Shown: positions 1-9,441, numbered from the stretch's first letter. The stretch: 64,000 nucleotides of DNA from an uncultured beta proteobacterium (GCA_963828715.1 CAWHFX010000019.1:146734-210733), one strand, 5' to 3'. The notes: generated by a model from the letters alone, not told the origin. A program made the numbers and translations.

Positions 1-438
1 CAGCACCATGAATGAGCCGATGCCGAAGCACGCCCGTTGCCGTTCGGCCGTAATCGCAATACTTACCTCGCCCTGACGAGTCGCCGTGCCGACGAGGTAA
101 CCCTGTAGCGCAGTCGAAGCCTCGACGCGACCCGACAAGGCTGCGCCGGTGAAGTGCAGGGTCATAGTCACCAATGCCAGCCGCGTCGCGGGATCATGCC
201 CGGCACGGACATTCGCTGCCATCGCGAGGTCGGTAAACAACGCGAGCGCGCCGTAGTCGATACTACCGCTTGCCGCGGCACAGTGGGGTCCCACCCTCAA
301 AGAGGTGCAGGCCGCATCGGCGGAAACGAAGTCGAACGATAGATCAAGAAAATGGCCGGCGAAGTGGTAACCGGGCGTACGATCGAGTGCAAGCGCACGG
401 AGCACGCGCTGGCGGACGGGTTCCGACGCGCTGGACAT
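1..438 (-). CDS. PaaI/hotdog-fold thioesterase-like protein (3' end runs off the window)
   Basis: Translated by hand, absent from the ORF track. ATG at 438, open to base 1: MSSASEPVRQRVLRALALDRTPGYHFAGHFLDLSF...GPHCAAASGSIDYGALALFTDLAMAANVR...LALVTMTLHFTG, resembling the hotdog helix GxLxxxxD and the following strand. Confidence 0.6.
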   Translation of the reverse strand, partial: MSSASEPVRQRVLRALALDRTPGYHFAGHFLDLSFDFVSADAACTSLRVGPHCAAASGSIDYGALALFTDLAMAANVRAGHDPATRLALVTMTLHFTGAALSGRVEASTALQGYLVGTATRQGEVSIAITAERQRACFGIGSFMVL

Positions 439-484
439 TGGCCGATTAGCGAATATGTCGCGGCCAGTCTACTCCGGCGAGTGC

Positions 485-1228
485 CTACTCGATGCCCGCC
501 GCCACGAAGCGCTTCTTCGCGTCCGCGCTGCCGAGAAACTTGACCAGTGAGCGGGCGTTCTCCAGGTTCGAGCCGCCGCTCATCGGCACCGCGGTGTAGG
601 ACGTGTAGTTCTGTACTTCCGCCGGAATGGGGCCGACGTAGTGCAGTCCCTTATCCTTATAGAGCAGGATCTCGGTGATCGCGCCGAAGCCAATCTCCTT
701 ACCCTTTCCCTTCAGCACGTGCTCCATGACGGACGCGCCGTCCGCGTAACGCGTCGTCTTCGCCTCGATCTTGTCGTAGACGCCCAACTTCTTCAGCAGG
801 TCTTCGAGATAGATGCCGGTCGATGCACGGTTGAACACGATCGAATCGGCTTCCAGCACACTGCGCTTCAACCCGTCGACCGAGCCCAGGTCAGGCGCGG
901 GTGCGCCGGGCCGGACAACGGCACCCAGACCCACGCGGCCGACGTTCACACCTTCGGCCTCCACCTTGCCCTCCTGCGTGAACGTCTTGATGGTGGCTGG
1001 CGGTGCGATCACCACATCGAACTTCTCATTCGCCGCGACGCGCTTCTGAATCTGCGGCGTGGTGTTGAACGTGATCTTCACCGTGTGTCCGCTCTGCTTC
1101 TCGAATGCCGCCACGGCAGACTTGAGTCCCGGTTCGATCGCGCCGCCGCTCAAGACGGTCAGATCGGCGGCGGAGGCGATACCGGGCGCCAGAATGCACA
1201 CAGCCAAAATGCTTGCTACTCGGTTCAC
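485..1228 (-). CDS. ModA-like (molybdate-type) ABC substrate-binding protein
   Basis: Signal peptide; LTVLSGGAI...FEKQSGHTVKITF, FDVVI, STGIYL, GPIPAEVQNYTSYTA motifs; AGGAG RBS upstream; no cognate permease nearby. Confidence 0.8.
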   Translation of the reverse strand: MNRVASILAVCILAPGIASAADLTVLSGGAIEPGLKSAVAAFEKQSGHTVKITFNTTPQIQKRVAANEKFDVVIAPPATIKTFTQEGKVEAEGVNVGRVGLGAVVRPGAPAPDLGSVDGLKRSVLEADSIVFNRASTGIYLEDLLKKLGVYDKIEAKTTRYADGASVMEHVLKGKGKEIGFGAITEILLYKDKGLHYVGPIPAEVQNYTSYTAVPMSGGSNLENARSLVKFLGSADAKKRFVAAGIE

Positions 1229-1269
1229 ACGACTCTCCTAAAAAGCGGATAGACCCGTTCCATCGCCCA

Positions 1270-1445
1270 AGCCCTCGTACGCTCTAACTGGCGCTTGAAT
1301 GTCCCGTTCGCGGCGACAGCCTGTCCCAGGCGCGCCGCTGTCCGTCTCCGCAAGCCTCGTACTCTCGGACGTGAGTTCTGATGGGCGCTCGAATGTTACG
1401 TTCGCGGGGACCCCGCCGTTACACGGCCCCCGCTCACTGTGACTA
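1270..1445. repeat. Tandem pair of degenerate attC-like/structured repeat units (family shared with 42712-42882)
   Basis: 1305-1339 matches 42836-42870 at 34/35 nt; units share YCTRAY-NNGGCGYTYGARTG...CGTTCGCGG...CCGCT. Confidence 0.7.
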
Positions 1446-2411
1446 ATCGAGGTGAACATCAATCGCCTTCACCACCTTCGCCCACTTCGGAATCTCGCGC
1501 CGAATATGCTCCGCGAACTCCTTCGATGATCCACCCACGATCTCGGCACCGAGGCTCGCGAGGCGTTCGCGCACGTCCGGCATCTGCAGCGCCTTGTTCA
1601 TCTCGGAATTCAGGCGCTCCACGATCGCCGGCGGTGTTCCTGCCGGCACGAGAACACCGTGCCACGTACTTGCTTCGAAGCCCGGCACGCCGGCTTCCGC
1701 AACGGTCGGCAGCTCCGGGTAGAGCTTGCTTCTCTTCGCGGTAGTCACCGCGAGCGCCCGCACGCGATTCGCCTTGATGTGCGGCGTTACCGACAATGCG
1801 GTCGCGAACATGAGCTGCGTCTGTCCCGCGATAAGGTCGATGAGCGCCGGGCCTGCGCTCTTGTACGAGATGTGCTCGATCTTCGTTCCCGTGAGATTCT
1901 TGAACAGCTCGGCTGCGAGGTGTGCCGCTGCGCCGACGCCCGAGCCGGCATAGTTGAGCTGACCGGGTTTCGCGCGCGCGAGTGCGATCAGCTCCTTCAC
2001 GTTGCGCACCGGAAGCGAGGGATGCACGACGAGAATGTTGGGTTGCGTCGCGACGAAAATGACCGGCGTGAAGTCCTTGATCGGATCGAAGCCGAGCCGT
2101 TTGTAGAGCGTCGGGTTGGCGCCGAAAGTGGCGTTGTTGCCAGTCACGAGCGTGTAACCGTCAGGGGCCGCCTTCGCCGCGAGTTCCGTACCGATGTTGC
2201 CGCCGGCGCCCGCGCGATTCTCGATGATGACGGGCTGTCCGAAGCTCTCCGACAGCTTCTGCCCCAGCAACCGCGCCAGTATGTCGGTGGGACCGCCCGG
2301 CAGGTTCGGCGCAATAAAGCGCAGGGGCTTGGTCGGATACTCCTGAGCAACGGTGAGAGCGCATGCTGCAAGCAGTACCCGCGGCACAGGCCGCACGCGC
2401 AAGGCTGCCAT
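1443..2411 (-). CDS. Bug/TctC tripartite tricarboxylate transporter substrate-binding protein
   Basis: YPTKPLRFI, PGGPTDILAR, ENRAGAGGNIG, PDGYTL, LNYAGSG, PTVAEAGVPGF motifs. Confidence 0.95.
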   Translation of the reverse strand: MAALRVRPVPRVLLAACALTVAQEYPTKPLRFIAPNLPGGPTDILARLLGQKLSESFGQPVIIENRAGAGGNIGTELAAKAAPDGYTLVTGNNATFGANPTLYKRLGFDPIKDFTPVIFVATQPNILVVHPSLPVRNVKELIALARAKPGQLNYAGSGVGAAAHLAAELFKNLTGTKIEHISYKSAGPALIDLIAGQTQLMFATALSVTPHIKANRVRALAVTTAKRSKLYPELPTVAEAGVPGFEASTWHGVLVPAGTPPAIVERLNSEMNKALQMPDVRERLASLGAEIVGGSSKEFAEHIRREIPKWAKVVKAIDVHLD

Positions 2412-2582
2412 GGAAGTTCACGGTGTTCTCCTTCTGAACGACGCTGCTCGCGCGCCGCCTGCTCCTCGGGTGCGCGGATTATAGAGCGTGTTCGGCCGGC
2501 GCTTGCACGCTGTGCTATGCTCGCTTTTCACTTCAAGTTTCCCCAGCGCGCATCCCGCCGCGTTCTCCGAGGAGCTCCTCCA

Positions 2583-3521
2583 ATGACCGCCACACCTCGT
2601 ATCAAAGGCGTCCTTTCGCCGGTCGTCACGCCCTTCAGGAGCGATCTGAGCCCGGACCCGCGACGCTTCATCGCGCATTGCAAATGGCTGCTCAGCCAGA
2701 ACTGCGGTCTCGCCGTGTTCGGCACCAACAGCGAAGCGAACTCGCTGTCGGTGAACGAGCGCATCGCACTGCTCGACGCGCTGATCGCCGCGGACGCCGA
2801 TCCCACACGCATGATGCCCGGCACCGGCTGCTGCGCGCTCAGCGACACAGTACGGCTGACGGAGCATGCGGTGAAAGCCGGTTGCGGCGGCATGCTCATG
2901 CTTCCGCCGTTCTATTACAAGGACGTGAGCGAGGACGGCCTCTACCGCAGCTTCGCGGAAGTGGTGGAGCGCGTGGGTGATTCGCGCTTGCGTATCTATC
3001 TGTACCACATTCCGCCGGTAGCAGTCGTCGGCATCACGCCAAAGCTGGTCGAGCGTCTGATGAAAGCGTACCCGACAGCGATTGCCGGCATGAAGGACAG
3101 CTCGGGCGACTGGAACAACACAAAGCTGTTCCTGGAAGCGTTCGCCAAGTCGGGCTTCGACGTTTTCGTCGGGAGCGAGTCGTTCCTGCTTGCGAATATG
3201 CGCGAAAACGGCGCGGGCTGCATCTCCGCCACGGCCAATGTAAACCCGGCCCCGATCGACAAACTCTACCGCGAGTGGCGTAATCCTGATGCGCAGAGCC
3301 AGCAGGACAGGCTCAACGCTATCCGCAAGGCCACGGGACAGTACGTCATGATTCCGGCGCTCAAAGCGGTCATTGCGCACTACGCCAAGGATCCTGCCTG
3401 GAACACGGTGCGCCCGCCGCTGGTCGAACTCACGCAGGAGCAGGCCGCCAAAGTGATCGAGGATCTCGAAGCTCTCGACTTCGAAATGCCCGGACTGCGG
3501 AGGGAAGCCCTCCCCGCGTAG
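2583..3521 (+). CDS. Dihydrodipicolinate synthase family (class I aldolase/lyase) protein
   Basis: Start re-assigned to ATG 2583 (GAGGAG upstream); GVLSPVVTPF, GTNSE, LPPFYY, YLYHIP, Schiff-base GMKDSSGD. Confidence 0.9.
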   Translation: MTATPRIKGVLSPVVTPFRSDLSPDPRRFIAHCKWLLSQNCGLAVFGTNSEANSLSVNERIALLDALIAADADPTRMMPGTGCCALSDTVRLTEHAVKAGCGGMLMLPPFYYKDVSEDGLYRSFAEVVERVGDSRLRIYLYHIPPVAVVGITPKLVERLMKAYPTAIAGMKDSSGDWNNTKLFLEAFAKSGFDVFVGSESFLLANMRENGAGCISATANVNPAPIDKLYREWRNPDAQSQQDRLNAIRKATGQYVMIPALKAVIAHYAKDPAWNTVRPPLVELTQEQAAKVIEDLEALDFEMPGLRREALPA

Positions 3522-3530
3522 GGGTGTGGA

Positions 3531-3659
3531 CCGTTCGTGCTGAGGAGCGGTAGCCGAAGCCCCGGACCAGCGATGCACGATCCGGGGGTCTCGAAGCACG
3601 GACAATCGTGGCTATTCGCCCTTCGAGACGGCCCCTGCCGGCCTCCTCAGGGCGAACGG
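3531..3659. repeat. REP-doublet/long inverted repeat between convergent genes
   Basis: CCGTTCGTGCTGAGGAG (3531-3547) pairs with CTCCTCAGGGCGAACGG (3643-3659); inner GTCTCGAAG/CTTCGAGAC. Confidence 0.75.
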
Positions 3660-3708
3660 GTTCTGGTGCGAACGTTACGATTCGCGACGCTAGAGCATCC
3701 AGCGCCGT

Positions 3709-4827
3709 CTACCACACTGCGCCGCGCGCGGTGACCGGCCAGATCGCTTCGACACGCGCGTTGCGGATGCAGACGTAGTGGTCGTAGAGATTCACGGTCG
3801 GATCGCAGTGGCCGGGAATCAGCTTGAGCTTTTCGCCGAGCCTGTAGCCTGAGGCGCCGTTCACTTGAATGACGCCGTGCTCGTCCGAGGCTTTGATGTA
3901 CTCCGCCGGACCGCCGGTCGCGATCCGCGGCATGCCCGAATCGATGCTCGACGCCTTCAGACCGGCATCCACGATCGCGCGCTCATCGCCGGTCCGGCTC
4001 ATCACCGTGGTCCACACGAAGAGGCTGTGCTCGAAACGCGGTATGCCGCTCTCGGTCCACTCGTTGCGCGCGTAATCGGCGTCCATGAAGATGTACGAGC
4101 CCGGCTGCAGCTCGTCGTAGACGCTGCTCGCCGCTTCGAAGAGATACGTGCCCGTTCCGGCGCCGGTCACCTTGAGACAGTCGATGCCCGCCTCCTGCAG
4201 AAGCTCGCGGGTTGAACGCACCTTAACCGCCGCCGTTTCGATCGCCGCGCGTCGCTCGTCGACGTGCCGGATGTGCTGCGCGGAACCGTGATAAGCCTGC
4301 AGACCGGCGAATCGCAAATGATCGCTCGACTTGATCTTCCGCGCCAATGCCACCGCCGGCTCTCCCGGTTCCACCCCGCAGCGATTCGCGCCGACGTTGA
4401 TCTCGACCAGCACGTCGAGCATCACGCCGAACTCGCGCGCCGCCGCGTCGAGCGCTTCGACGTTCCCCATATCGTCGGTACACACGGCGACGCGTGCCTG
4501 CGTCGCAAGCGCCGCCAGACGCTTCAGCTTCGTGCTTCCGACGATTTCGTTTGCGACCAGCACATCGCGTACGCCACCTTCGACCAATGCCTCCGCCTCG
4601 CTTACCTTCTGACAGCACATACCGACTGCACCCAACGCAATCTGGCGCAGCGCGATCTGCGCACACTTGTGGCTTTTGGCGTGCGGCCTCACCTGAATTG
4701 CATGGCCGCTCAATGAGTCCCGCAGGCGTTGCAGGTTGCGCTCGAAGGCGTCGAGCTCGAGGATCAGGGCGGGCGTATCGACTTCGGCGAGCGGCATTCC
4801 AACGATGGCAGGCGGATAGGCAGGCAT
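3709..4827 (-). CDS. DSD1-family PLP-dependent enzyme (D-threonine aldolase/3-hydroxy-D-aspartate aldolase-like)
   Basis: DTPALILELD, RPHAKSHK (PLP Lys), GANRCGV, GLQAYHG, GAGTGT, ELQPGSYIFMD, SDEHG, IPGHCDPTVN. Confidence 0.9.
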   Translation of the reverse strand: MPAYPPAIVGMPLAEVDTPALILELDAFERNLQRLRDSLSGHAIQVRPHAKSHKCAQIALRQIALGAVGMCCQKVSEAEALVEGGVRDVLVANEIVGSTKLKRLAALATQARVAVCTDDMGNVEALDAAAREFGVMLDVLVEINVGANRCGVEPGEPAVALARKIKSSDHLRFAGLQAYHGSAQHIRHVDERRAAIETAAVKVRSTRELLQEAGIDCLKVTGAGTGTYLFEAASSVYDELQPGSYIFMDADYARNEWTESGIPRFEHSLFVWTTVMSRTGDERAIVDAGLKASSIDSGMPRIATGGPAEYIKASDEHGVIQVNGASGYRLGEKLKLIPGHCDPTVNLYDHYVCIRNARVEAIWPVTARGAVW

Positions 4828-4913
4828 GGCGGTGACCGGAAAGGAATGAGGCGGGCGTACGCCGGAATGTTATAGGATTCCGCTCGGATACCAATAACTC
4901 CGAGGAGGAAAGC

Positions 4914-5924
4914 ATGCAGAGGTCCGGGTGGACAGCCTGCCGGCTGTCATTGCTCTTGGCTGCATCGTTCGTTCTTGCAGCGGCTGCAAGCGCCCAGCAA
5001 TGGAAGCCGACGAAGACGGTGGAGCTCGTGGTGGGCTCGGCGCCGGGCGGTTCGCCCGACGTGATGGCGCGGCTCATCCAGAATGTCTTCCAGAAGACCG
5101 GCCTCGTGCCGTCGAGCACGGTCGTGAACAAGCCGGGCGCGGCGAATACGATCGGGTGGGCCTACCTCAACCAGCATGTCGGCGACGGCCATTACATCGC
5201 GACGTTTTCACCGGCGGTGATCGGTAACAAGCTGCTTGGAACGAGCCAGCTCGATTACACCGACTTCACGCCGCTCAACATACTCGCCCGCGAGTACGTG
5301 GTCTTCGCGGTCAAGGCCGATTCGCCGATCGGCTCGCTCAAGGACCTTACGGCGCGGCTGAAGAAGGATTCGCAGTCGGTGAGCTTTGCATTCGCCACCG
5401 CTCGCGGAAATCACAATCACATCGTGCTGAGCATGTACCTCAAATCCATCGGAATCGATCCGAAGGTCGCCAAAGCAGTCGTGTATCCGGGCGGTGGGCC
5501 GGCGCAGACCGCGATGCTGGGCGGACACATCGACGTCTACGTCGCCTCGCCGCGCAGCATGGTTCCCCTGCAGGGCGAAGGCCGCGCACGCATACTCGCC
5601 ATTTCGTCACCGCAGCGCGAGTCAGGCGCCATGGCGTCCCTGCCCACGTTCCGGGAGCTCGGACACGATGCCGTCTTCTTTACCTGGCGCGGCTTCATGG
5701 GACCCAAAGGCCTGAAGGCGCCCGAGATCGCATATTGGGACAACGTCTTCGCAGCCGTGGCCAGGAGCGATGAATGGCGCAAGGACACCGAACAGCAGAT
5801 GTGGAACGCGGATTACCTGCTGAGCGCCGAAACGCGCAAGCATCTCGACCGCGAATACGAGCAGCTCAAGGTGATCCTGTCGGATCTCGGGCTGGTGGGG
5901 GCGGAGGCGGCGAAGAAACCGTGA
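4914..5924 (+). CDS. Bug/TctC substrate-binding protein
   Basis: Signal peptide; WKPTKTVELVV, PGGSPDVMAR, VNKPGA, MLGGHID, LPTFRELG, WRGFMGPKG. Confidence 0.92.
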   Translation: MQRSGWTACRLSLLLAASFVLAAAASAQQWKPTKTVELVVGSAPGGSPDVMARLIQNVFQKTGLVPSSTVVNKPGAANTIGWAYLNQHVGDGHYIATFSPAVIGNKLLGTSQLDYTDFTPLNILAREYVVFAVKADSPIGSLKDLTARLKKDSQSVSFAFATARGNHNHIVLSMYLKSIGIDPKVAKAVVYPGGGPAQTAMLGGHIDVYVASPRSMVPLQGEGRARILAISSPQRESGAMASLPTFRELGHDAVFFTWRGFMGPKGLKAPEIAYWDNVFAAVARSDEWRKDTEQQMWNADYLLSAETRKHLDREYEQLKVILSDLGLVGAEAAKKP

Positions 5925-6025
5925 CGGTGATGGGTGACGAGTGAAGGGTGACGGGTGAGAAAACCGTGGCTGCCCCATGCGCGCGAGCACTGCCGCTCCC
6001 ATCACTCGTCACCGTCTTACTCACT
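5921..6025. repeat. Two head-to-head short heptamer arrays (GTGAYGG-type / TCAC-type) between convergent stop codons
   Basis: GTGACG GTGATGG GTGACGA GTGAAGG GTGACGG GTGA at 5921-5958 and CCATCAC TCGTCAC CGTCTTAC TCACT at ~5999-6025. Confidence 0.65.
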
Positions 6026-6455
6026 CCTTCGTATCCGCCACCAGCTCCGCCTGCTCGATGCCGAACGCGCAGCATGCTTCGTCTTCATCGCCGGTGCCCC
6101 CGCTCGCGCCCGCCGCACCGAGGATCGTGCCGTCCTTCGCGCGAATCAACGCGGCGCCGGTCTGCGGCAGAAACTTCCCTTGCGCAGTCGAAGCGAGGCT
6201 CAGAAAGAAATTCGGGTTCTCGCGAGCACGCTTTCCCAGCGCGCGGCTGGAAGCGCCCATCGCGACTGCGCCCCACGCCTTGCCTTTCGCAACGTCCATG
6301 CGGAACATGCTGGCACCGTCTTCACGCTGCGCCGACACGATGTTGCCTGCATGATCCAGAACCACGACGGCGAGTGGCTTGATCTTCATCTCGCGTGCTT
6401 TTTCGAATGCTTTGCTGACGATGACGTTCGCCTGCTTCAACGTGAGTTCCGGCAT
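6021..6455 (-). CDS. GlcG/HbpS family heme-binding protein
   Basis: LAVVVLDHAG...REDGA...AKGKAWGA...GAAGASGGTGDEDEACC. Confidence 0.88.
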   Translation of the reverse strand: MPELTLKQANVIVSKAFEKAREMKIKPLAVVVLDHAGNIVSAQREDGASMFRMDVAKGKAWGAVAMGASSRALGKRARENPNFFLSLASTAQGKFLPQTGAALIRAKDGTILGAAGASGGTGDEDEACCAFGIEQAELVADTKE

Positions 6456-6624
6456 GCTGCCTCCGTGGCGTCTTGATGGAAGCGGCGATGTTAACGCCGC
6501 ACGGCAAGGGCGTCACGACAAGCTGGTGCACGAGCGCTGCGATCGTCTGCCTGATCGCCGCTGCGCCGCCGGACTCGCGACCGCGAGAAGCCCTGAATCG
6601 TTCGACGACTGCGAAGGACGTGCT

Positions 6625-7593
6625 GTGAACCCTATCCTTTTCTCAGCGCTCGTGTGGGCGCTCTTTGCTTGCCCATCGGCGTGGTCGCAGCAGGATTTCC
6701 CGGTGAAGCCCATACGGATCGTCGTGCCTTCCGTTGCTGGCGGCGGAACCGACTCCTCGACGCGAATCGTCGGCGCGCGCCTGAGCGAGACGCTGCCGGC
6801 GAAAATCGTGATCGACAACCGACCCGGCGCAGGCTCGATCATCGGGACCGAGATGGTGGCGCGCGCCGCGCCCGACGGTTACACACTGCTCGCCGCGATC
6901 AGCACGATAACGATCCAGCCATCGCTGCAGAAGAATCTGCCGTTCGATCCCGTGCGCGATCTCGCGCCCGTCTCCGTGTTCGTGCGGCTGCCGAACGTGC
7001 TCGTCGGCCATCCGTCGCTGCAACCCAGGAACGTAAGAGAGCTGATCGCATTCGCGAAAGCGCGGCCGGGCACGCTCGAGTTCGCGTCGGCCGGCACCGG
7101 AAGCAACCTGCACCTGTGCATGGAGATGTTTCTCTACATGGCCGGGCTGAAGATGGTGCACGTTCCCTACAAGGGCGCCTCACAGGCGATTGCCGATGTC
7201 ACCGCTGGCTATGTGCCGCTCATGATCACGAACATGATCACGGGCACGTCGCAATTCAGGGCGGGGAAGCTCCGCGCGTATGGCGTGACGAGCGCAACAC
7301 GATCCCCCGCAGCACCCGATATACCCACGATCGCCGAACAGGGCGTTGCGGGCTACGAAGCCGTGCAGTGGTACGGCCTGATGGCGCCGGCCGGAACGCC
7401 GCGCGACGTGATCGGCAAGCTCAACAACGGCGTCGTGGCCGCGCTTCAGGACGCAAGAGTGAAAGAGCAGTTTGCGGCCAGTGGCGCCGACCCGGTCGGC
7501 AACAGTCCGGAAGAGATGGCCGCGCTCATCCGTTCGGACATGGCGAAGTGGGCGAAGGTGATCAAGGCGGCGGGGTTGAAGGGCGAGGAATGA
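6625..7593 (+). CDS. Bug/TctC substrate-binding protein
   Basis: GTG 6625 with GAAGGA upstream; FPVKPIRIVVP, GGGTD, DNRPGAG, PDGYTL, HVPYKG. Confidence 0.93.
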   Translation: MNPILFSALVWALFACPSAWSQQDFPVKPIRIVVPSVAGGGTDSSTRIVGARLSETLPAKIVIDNRPGAGSIIGTEMVARAAPDGYTLLAAISTITIQPSLQKNLPFDPVRDLAPVSVFVRLPNVLVGHPSLQPRNVRELIAFAKARPGTLEFASAGTGSNLHLCMEMFLYMAGLKMVHVPYKGASQAIADVTAGYVPLMITNMITGTSQFRAGKLRAYGVTSATRSPAAPDIPTIAEQGVAGYEAVQWYGLMAPAGTPRDVIGKLNNGVVAALQDARVKEQFAASGADPVGNSPEEMAALIRSDMAKWAKVIKAAGLKGEE

Positions 7594-7756
7594 ATCGGTC
7601 GTCGTTCCCTCGCTCTGACTTTCCCGCGGACACGGAGGGGAAAGGAACTCTCGTCACGAGTCATCCTGCGCTCGTTGTTCCCTCGCTCCTTACCCGGGCG
7701 CGTCTTCGTCGGCCATTGCCATCACGCCGACTGGCGCTTGGCACTTGCGAGGAAAC

Positions 7757-8974
7757 TCACAACGGCGTTTTCACGACATTCCCATTCGCCTGCACGAACC
7801 ATCGTTCCGTGACGAAAGGCTTGCCGGCGAGCCGCGCCTCCATCCAGTCGGCCACGAGCACCTGCGGAATCGGACCGAGGTTCGTCGAAGGCACGTTGCC
7901 GACCGAGTGTCTGCAGTCCTGATAGACGACCAGCCGCCGGGGGCAGGGAAGCGCCGCCATGAAGCGCTCCGTATGCTCGAGCGGTGACAGCTCGTCCATC
8001 TCTCCGGTCACGCAGAGATACGGCACGCGCACGTTTTCGACGTGTCCTTCCCACGTCAGAGTCTCCACGAAGCGATCGAATGCGTCCTCATCCGTGTAGC
8101 CGGACATGTACATGAAGCGCTGCTTGAACGTCGGCGAAGCCTCCTCGAAGATGGTGTGAAAGCCGGGCTCGAGACACGTCGCCGCCACCGCACAGGCCTT
8201 GTATCGCGGATCGTTGGCGCACGAGAGGGTCGCGAAAAACGAGCCGAAGCTCTGACCCACGACGCCGACGCGTGCAGGATCGATCTCCGGACGAGCCCGC
8301 ATCCAGTCCATGATCACGCGGCCGGCCTTCACCCAGTTCGGCATGCTCACAGGGATGCCGTACACGGCGCTTTCGTACTGACCAGGTCCCTCGATCGTGA
8401 GCACGGCGATGCCGCGTGAGAGCCAACGGTCGCCGTACATCGAGACGCTCGCCTCCTTGAAGCCATCCATTCCGGGAATCGATACGACCGCCGGAATGCG
8501 TCCCCCACTGTAGCCAACGGGCAGGTGCAGCCAGCCCGGCAGCGCCTTGTCCTCGAACGGCACCCATGCCGCTTCGACTTTGTGATCGGCGTAGCGTGCA
8601 TAGCGCTCGTAGCACTCGCGTTTGCGCTCGTTGAGCGCGAGATTCTTCTCGTTGTTTTCGTCATGCGGCCACTGTGCGGCGGCATACTGAATCGCCGCGA
8701 TGAAATAGTTCTGGCGTGCGGTGACGAACTGTTCTTCCGCTTCGGCGGCCTGTGCCCGGGCTTCACGGCGCCGCGCCGCAGCCTCGAACGCCGGTGAGAT
8801 GTCGGCGTACTTCTTGACGCGCTCGCGAAGAGCGGCGAAGTCCGCGTTCGCTTCCGGACCACAAGGGGCGTTGTAACTGATGCTGCGCGGCTGGTCCCAG
8901 TCGATGCCGACCGAGCGGATGACGTTGTCGATCAACCAGCGCTGTGCGGTCCAGCGTCGTGTCTTCACGTGCAT
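7757..8974 (-). CDS. Alpha/beta hydrolase, 2,6-dihydroxypseudooxynicotine hydrolase/FrsA-like family
   Basis: LPGWLHLP, IPGMDGFKE, IEGPGQYES, nucleophile GQSFG, TGEMDEL, DCRH. Confidence 0.8.
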   Translation of the reverse strand: MHVKTRRWTAQRWLIDNVIRSVGIDWDQPRSISYNAPCGPEANADFAALRERVKKYADISPAFEAAARRREARAQAAEAEEQFVTARQNYFIAAIQYAAAQWPHDENNEKNLALNERKRECYERYARYADHKVEAAWVPFEDKALPGWLHLPVGYSGGRIPAVVSIPGMDGFKEASVSMYGDRWLSRGIAVLTIEGPGQYESAVYGIPVSMPNWVKAGRVIMDWMRARPEIDPARVGVVGQSFGSFFATLSCANDPRYKACAVAATCLEPGFHTIFEEASPTFKQRFMYMSGYTDEDAFDRFVETLTWEGHVENVRVPYLCVTGEMDELSPLEHTERFMAALPCPRRLVVYQDCRHSVGNVPSTNLGPIPQVLVADWMEARLAGKPFVTERWFVQANGNVVKTPL

Positions 8975-9068
8975 GCTTCGACCCCTCCTTGACGAAGTGC
9001 TCTGTTCGATGCGAACCCGGTATTCTATTGGCGCGTAAGCGGGTGGCGCTCGCGTTCAGGAGAAATGC

Positions 9069-9441
9069 ATGCATAGCGTGGCCTGGCTGCTGGCTTGTTC
9101 GATCGCGCTGACAGTGACATCGGCAGCGGCGGCGTACCCGGAGCGCCCGCTCCGGGTGATTCTTCCCAACGCGCCGGGCAGCACGACGGATCTGCTGGGG
9201 CGGGTCGTGTTCACGCGGATCTCGGAGCAGTTCGGGAAGCCGATCGTCGTCGACAATCGTCGTCGACAAGCTCAACGCACTCATGGGCGAAGCGCTGGGC
9301 TCCGCCGGGGTCAGGAAGCTCTACCTCGACGTGAGCGAAGAGCCCGCCCAGAGCACACCGGAAGCGTTCGGGCGGCTGATACGTGAAGACTTCGATGCAA
9401 TGGGCAGGCTCGTCAAGCTGGCGAACGTGACGGCTGAGTAG
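9069..9441 (+). pseudogene. Internally deleted Bug/TctC gene
   Basis: N-terminus (YPERPLRVILP...PIVVDN) joined out of frame to the C-terminus (VVDKLNALMGEAL...STPEAFGRLIRED...ANVTAE*, TAG 9439-9441); the core is missing. Confidence 0.85.

Noticed and set aside
1659..2582. N-terminal 308 aa of the 620-aa ORF (apparent fusion)
   Set aside because: Antisense shadow of the Bug gene; the real DapA-like gene starts at 2583
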